From assembly GCA_943789135.1 (NCBI GenBank), contig CALSSY010000018.1:15908-79907 (forward strand): DNA of 64,000 nucleotides. The letters run 5' to 3'. The number at the start of each line of letters is the position of its first letter. Position 1 is the first letter of the stretch. This document shows positions 59,578 to 64,000 of this stretch, piece after piece. This DNA comes from an uncultured Bacteroidia bacterium (GTDB lineage Bacteria > Bacteroidota > Bacteroidia > NS11-12g > UBA955). The notes under the pieces are model-generated. The model saw only the letters and a program-made list of their open reading frames with translations. It had not been told where the DNA came from and did not search any database. The position numbers and the translations under genes were made by a program.

Positions 59578-61213
59578 ATGGGGAAGCAAGACTTAGATTT
59601 CAATAAAAATGAAGATGTTAACAAGCAGTTATGGGATGCGGTAAAGGCTAAGTTGGATGTCATCCATAAAGGCGGTGGGGAAAAAGCGGCGACTAAACAG
59701 AAACAAAAAGGGAAACTACTTGCTCGGGAACGGGTAGATTATTTGCGTGATAGTGATAAAGATTGGATTGAAATCGGTGCATTTGCCGGATATGACCAAT
59801 ATGAGGAATATGGAGGCTGTGTTGCTGGTGGGGTTATTGCGGGTATCGGATATGTTGCGGGAAGGCAATGTGTTATTGTGGCAAACGATGCTACGGTGAA
59901 AGCAGGAGCTTGGTTCCCGATAACGGGTAAAAAGAATTTAAGGGCTCAGGAAATTGCTATGGAAAATCACCTACCCATAATTTATTTGGTGGACAGTGCA
60001 GGTGTGTTTTTGCCCATGCAAGATGAAATTTTTGCAGACAAAGAACATTTTGGTAGAATGTTTCGTAATAACGCTAAAATGAGTGCTATGGGTATTACTC
60101 AAATTGCTGCGGTAATGGGTTCTTGTGTTGCAGGTGGTGCGTATTTGCCAATTATGAGCGATGAAGCCCTGATAGTTGAAGGAAATGGAAGTATCTTTTT
60201 AGCGGGCTCTTATTTGGTTAAGGCGGCGATTGGAGAAAGCATTGATAACGAAACCTTGGGTGGTGCTAAAACCCAAACAGAAATTTCCGGCGTTATTGAT
60301 GATAAGTTCCCCGATGACGAATCTTGCTTAGATAGAATCAAATTCCTCATGGATAAATTAGGTCGTTTTGAAACAGCTGGCTTCAGCCGTGTAGAAGCAA
60401 AACTGCCTTCCAAGAAAGAGTCGGAGCTATTTGGGGTGTTGCCTGCTGATCGCGCAAAGCCTTATGTAACGCGTGAGATTATTGAGCGTTTAGTTGACGA
60501 TAGCGTGTTTGAAGAATACAAAGAAGATTACGGGCGTACAATTATTATGCGGTTATGCCCGTATTGATGGTTGGGCGGTTGGAATCGTAGCCAATAATCG
60601 GGAAATCGTGAAAAATGCCAAGGGTGAAATGCAATTCGGAGGTGTTATTTATTCGGATAGTGCCGATAAAGCAGCCCGATTTATTATGAATTGCAATCAG
60701 AAAAAAGTGCCATTAGTCTTTCTACAAGACGTAACAGGATTTATGGTGGGAAGTCGCAGCGAACATGGCGGTATTATAAAAGACGGCGCCAAAATGGTAA
60801 TGGCAATGAGCAACAGTACGGTGCCCAAGTTCACGGTTATTTTAGGGAATAGTTACGGTGCTGGAAATTATGCCATGTGCGGTAAAGCCTACGATCCTCG
60901 TTTGATTGTAGCATGGCCATCGGCTAAAATAGCCGTTATGGGTGGCGATCAAGCCGCAAAGACCTTATTGCAGATCGAAACATCGCGATTGAAAGGAAAA
61001 GGTGAGGAAATCACGGAAGATGCGGAGAATGAATTGCTTAATAGGATTAAAAATAGATACGAAAACGGAACCAAACCCGAATTTGCCGCCTCTAGGCTTT
61101 GGGTAGATGCGATTATAAATCCGTTGGAAACAAGAAAATGGATTTCAATGGGAATTGAGGCTGCGAATCACGCACCTCTTGCACCGTTTCACCCAGGTGT
61201 TTTGCAAACTTAA
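59578..61213 (+). pseudogene. Acyl-CoA carboxylase carboxyltransferase subunit (methylcrotonyl-/propionyl-CoA carboxylase beta), one frame break near 60541-60548
   Basis: ORFs 59569..60567 and 60494..61213 join as …YKEDYGRTIICGYARIDGWAVGIVAN after removing 1 nt from ATTATTATGC. Crotonase-fold CT blocks are present throughout. Confidence 0.8.
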
Positions 61214-63060
61214 TTACCCCAATCTTCAGTTAAGTTTAACTTGGTTTTTAACCTTGATTTTACGTTTCTTACATACTGAGTGGAAACACCTAAAACATTC
61301 GCTATTTCCTTTGGTCGGTAACTTTCCATCGTTAATACAAATACCCGTTGTTCGGTTTTATTCAGAAGGTTAAATCCGGGATATTTATCGTTCCAATCTT
61401 CTTTTTCTTTGATTAATTGTTTGGCGATTGATGGGTTTTCCTGTGAATTGAATCCATGTACCTGAAAATCTTTAAGAATTTGATTTACTTCGGATTTTAC
61501 GGCGTTTGGTGCGGATGCAATAGCAGTAGAAATTTCATTTCTGAGTGAAATATTTCTCTCAATAAGGCTTTTCGAATATTCAACAATGCGATTGTTTAAC
61601 TCTTGTTCTCTCTTCAATACATCTTGCTCGGTTTGCAGATGTTTCTTCTCAATATTTTTGATTTTGACGATATTTATAACCAACCAAATTCCTAGAGTAA
61701 AAATTATTAGCACCAAAACCAAAGCTATTTTTAACGCATCTTGGGTCTTTTTTGAATCTTTAATAATTTCTTCTTTTCGTTTAATTTCTGAGAAGGTTTC
61801 ATCCAGTTGATTTAACTCATCTATAACTTTCTGTTGGGTCTTGTTTTCCTCTATTTTTGCATCGTCGAAAAACGCAATACTCTTTATGAAAAAAGAATTG
61901 GCTTTACTTGGATTTGAAGCCATAAAATAGTGCCCTAATTGTTTGCAAATTTTAGCTCTGAACTTTAAACTTAACTTGTTGAATTTGGTTGTATCTGATT
62001 CCAATTTAATAAGATGTTTAACAAAGAAATCAAGTTCGGGCAATGTTATATTGTTGATAATGGATTTAGAAGTATTAAAAGAAATATGTGGGGCATTATC
62101 AATAAGTGTTTTTCTCCAAAATGAGTCGGATACAAAATCAAAATTCTTATCATTCAATTTGTTGTCTATATAAATCTGCGCATAATTTTGAAACAAATTA
62201 GGATCTACAGAATTTATTTTCAAAAGATTGAATTTCTTTTTTGCTTCCTCCCATTTATTTAGAGTTTGTAAAACTTTTATTCGATTTAACAGAAAAAGTT
62301 GACCTTTATAGGAATTTAGATCTGCCGTTAATTGTTTTTGATTGGCTATCCAGAATTCATCGGCCTCTTGATATTGACCTTCATCTATAAAAGTACTAAC
62401 AATATTATTAGTTAGGATTGAGTTTGATATGTCGGATTTCAATCCAACTTCATGAGCTCTTAAAAATAAACTTCTTGCATTTCGTGTATTTCCGTTGTTA
62501 TAATAGTAGGTGCCAAGATTTACTCCAAAAAGGTTAATCATATGGTTGTCTTTTTTTATTTCCGCCTCCTTATAACCTCTGGTCCAATATTGCCGGGTGC
62601 TATCTGAATTCTGATCTTTGTAGAAATAGGATAGACCTAAAAGGTGATATCCATGTGAAGGATCTATAGAGTCATGTTGATCTTTGAGAGCTAGTATTTT
62701 ATATCCATATGAAATAGCCGAGTCTAATTCATTATTTGTTAAGAATTGGTAGCTTTTTATGCGGTAGTATGCATCGTATCCTAATGTATTATTCTCTTTA
62801 ATAGTTCGATCGTAGAGGTAATCGAGAGCAGGTTTTATGAATGAGTCACTTTTACCATTGCTTTTTGCTGTAGAAAAGTAATTGGAGCATAATCGTGGCC
62901 AATTTACAGGGTCCTTTTCCAGTTCAATTCGTTTTATGGCTTCAAGAGGAAGTAAATCTTTTATAGATGAAAATGTTATACGTTCTTGTTTATAACAATT
63001 CGTATAAGACGTTACCAAAAAAAATCCCGCAAAGTGTAATTTTAAAAAACTTAGAAACAT
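61210..63060 (-). CDS. Membrane-anchored regulator: N-terminal signal, TPR repeats, single TM, coiled coil, C-terminal LuxR-type HTH
   Basis: 616 aa. TM ALKIALVLVLIIFTLGIWLVINIV and HTH LNKTEQRVFVLTMESYRPKEIANVLGVSTQYVRNVKSRLKTKLNL. Same architecture as 42598..44205, and AT-rich. Confidence 0.7.
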   Translation of the reverse strand: MFLSFLKLHFAGFFLVTSYTNCYKQERITFSSIKDLLPLEAIKRIELEKDPVNWPRLCSNYFSTAKSNGKSDSFIKPALDYLYDRTIKENNTLGYDAYYRIKSYQFLTNNELDSAISYGYKILALKDQHDSIDPSHGYHLLGLSYFYKDQNSDSTRQYWTRGYKEAEIKKDNHMINLFGVNLGTYYYNNGNTRNARSLFLRAHEVGLKSDISNSILTNNIVSTFIDEGQYQEADEFWIANQKQLTADLNSYKGQLFLLNRIKVLQTLNKWEEAKKKFNLLKINSVDPNLFQNYAQIYIDNKLNDKNFDFVSDSFWRKTLIDNAPHISFNTSKSIINNITLPELDFFVKHLIKLESDTTKFNKLSLKFRAKICKQLGHYFMASNPSKANSFFIKSIAFFDDAKIEENKTQQKVIDELNQLDETFSEIKRKEEIIKDSKKTQDALKIALVLVLIIFTLGIWLVINIVKIKNIEKKHLQTEQDVLKREQELNNRIVEYSKSLIERNISLRNEISTAIASAPNAVKSEVNQILKDFQVHGFNSQENPSIAKQLIKEKEDWNDKYPGFNLLNKTEQRVFVLTMESYRPKEIANVLGVSTQYVRNVKSRLKTKLNLTEDWGN

Positions 63061-63170
63061 CTTTGAATGTGAACATGGGGTAATAATACACCCAATAATG
63101 AATATTATACGATGTTTGTACTATAGAAAATGTAACAAAATATAACTTTCTAGTTTAATGAGTGGGAGCA

Positions 63171-63614
63171 TCACTTTTTGATAAGGTTTTCCTGATAGAT
63201 ATCAATCCAATCTTGAACACTCATTTTTTGGAACAGCTGTCCTAGTAATTCATATGGTATATCGTCCATTCGCTTAAAACGTATGCAACTTTTACCCATG
63301 TCCAACTTGTACTTATTGTATTTAGGGTATTCAGAAACGAACCAATTATAGAGCTCTAGATTGGCGTATAATCCCATGTGGTAAACGGCAATAAAATTCT
63401 TTTGAGATGCAATGCTGATAAAAGGTAGGGGTTCTTTTGGATTGCAGTGATACCCAGCTGGGAAGATAGTATGAGGTACTACATATGAAGGCATGGAGTA
63501 TTGCATTTGAAGTTCAAAACCCGTTGGTAGGTTCTCTTTCAATAGGTCAAGGAGTTTTTCCATTGCAGGTTTTCTTTCCTCGGGAAGTTGATTTATGTAG
63601 TTAGTCGCTTCCAT
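63171..63614 (-). CDS. DUF1801 (YdhG-like) domain protein
   Basis: 147 aa. The layout resembles the DUF1801 family (…MPSYVV…FISIASQKNFIAVYHMG…). Confidence 0.5.
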   Translation of the reverse strand: MEATNYINQLPEERKPAMEKLLDLLKENLPTGFELQMQYSMPSYVVPHTIFPAGYHCNPKEPLPFISIASQKNFIAVYHMGLYANLELYNWFVSEYPKYNKYKLDMGKSCIRFKRMDDIPYELLGQLFQKMSVQDWIDIYQENLIKK

Positions 63615-63664
63615 AATTAATGTGGCTTTAATGTTGTAAATGTAATTATTTGGATGTTCAAATT

Positions 63665-64000
63665 TTATTGGTTTTTCTTGTCAGCTTTAATTCTTGCAGT
63701 TTCTATAACTTTATAAATGGTTTCTGCACCATGCGCTCCACTTAAGGAATAAGCCTCATTGAAAATAAAAAACGGCACACCTCGAGCGCCAACTTGTTGT
63801 GCATAATAGTTATCGTGTTCAACTTCTTCTTCTAAGGTTTCTGAATTAAAAGGATCTCCTTTCCATGGAGATAAATCGATTTGGAGGTCTTTGGCCAATT
63901 CCATTAAAGTTTCAATGGATTCCACATTAGTCCCTTCTGTGAAATATTTTTTGAATAAGGCTTCTTTTAATAAATGTGCCTTACCTTGCTTTTGTGCGGC
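63665..64000 (-). CDS. DsbA-family (FrnE-like) thiol oxidoreductase, C-terminal part (5' end lies outside the window)
   Basis: The reading frame is open to the window edge (…AAQKQGKAHLLKEALFKKYFTEGTNVESIETL…GARGVPFFIFN…). Confidence 0.65.
   Translation of the reverse strand, partial: AAQKQGKAHLLKEALFKKYFTEGTNVESIETLMELAKDLQIDLSPWKGDPFNSETLEEEVEHDNYYAQQVGARGVPFFIFNEAYSLSGAHGAETIYKVIETARIKADKKNQ

Noticed and set aside
16847-61213. The possibility that the frame breaks are programmed ribosomal frameshifts or transcriptional-slippage sites.
   Set aside because: The junctions share no slippery heptamer, downstream structure or long homopolymer (the longest is A6). They go in both directions (+1 and -1). 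They hit genes such as leuS, polA and hflX for which no programmed frameshifting is known.
1-64000. A search for CRISPR arrays, transposases or integrases, IS inverted repeats, prophage genes, tRNA/rRNA genes and toxin-antitoxin or defence modules.
   Set aside because: I could find no regularly spaced direct repeats, no recombinase-like ORF and no tRNA-like T-arm (GGTTCGAATCC) by eye. All ORFs of at least 100 aa are accounted for by housekeeping or envelope functions or by shadow ORFs. Short or degenerate elements could still be missed without software.

Overview
This 64 kb chromosomal window looks like a Bacteroidota (Flavobacteriia-like) genome. That is an inference from two T9SS C-terminal sorting domains, TAnnTTTG -7 promoter boxes, weak or absent Shine-Dalgarno sites and the gene content. 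Most of it is densely packed housekeeping and cell-envelope genes: purD (3' part), exbB/exbD, two MsbA-like ABC exporters, ftsH, kynureninase, hflX, msrB, polA, iscS-iscU-iscA, leuS, obg, SurA/PpiC chaperones, a MoxR ATPase, lptB, lplA, nth, a DEAD-box helicase, an acyl-CoA carboxyltransferase, and glycosylation genes (GT2, GtrA and two GT-C/ArnT-like proteins). One RNA gene is absent from the ORF track: an SRP (4.5S) RNA on the minus strand at about 52386-52468. I found no rRNA, tRNA, CRISPR array, transposase or integrase.

The most striking sequence-level signal is that about 15 conserved genes are split by indel-type frame breaks. They include leuS, polA and hflX. The breaks cluster in patches at 16.8-26 kb, 35.7-38.8 kb, 45.3 kb, 48.4-49.8 kb, 53.6 kb and 60.5 kb, with long clean stretches between them. 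This is either local assembly or basecalling error, or genuine gene decay, and it must be resolved before any biology is read into these genes.

I do not see a clear-cut novel system (no defence, toxin or mobile module). The candidates worth a second look are:
- two paralogous signal-peptide/TPR/TM/LuxR-HTH regulators lying in AT-rich patches, one next to a small T9SS cargo gene
- an ABC exporter-TPR-outer-membrane-protein operon beside a PagL-like deacylase
- an uncharacterised membrane protein-lipoprotein-beta-barrel cluster next to a putative porin
- a Gtr/Arn-like glycosylation system split over two loci
- a phosphosulfolactate synthase (comA) overlapping the stop of a TPR gene
- an RG-rich disordered tail on the DEAD-box helicase
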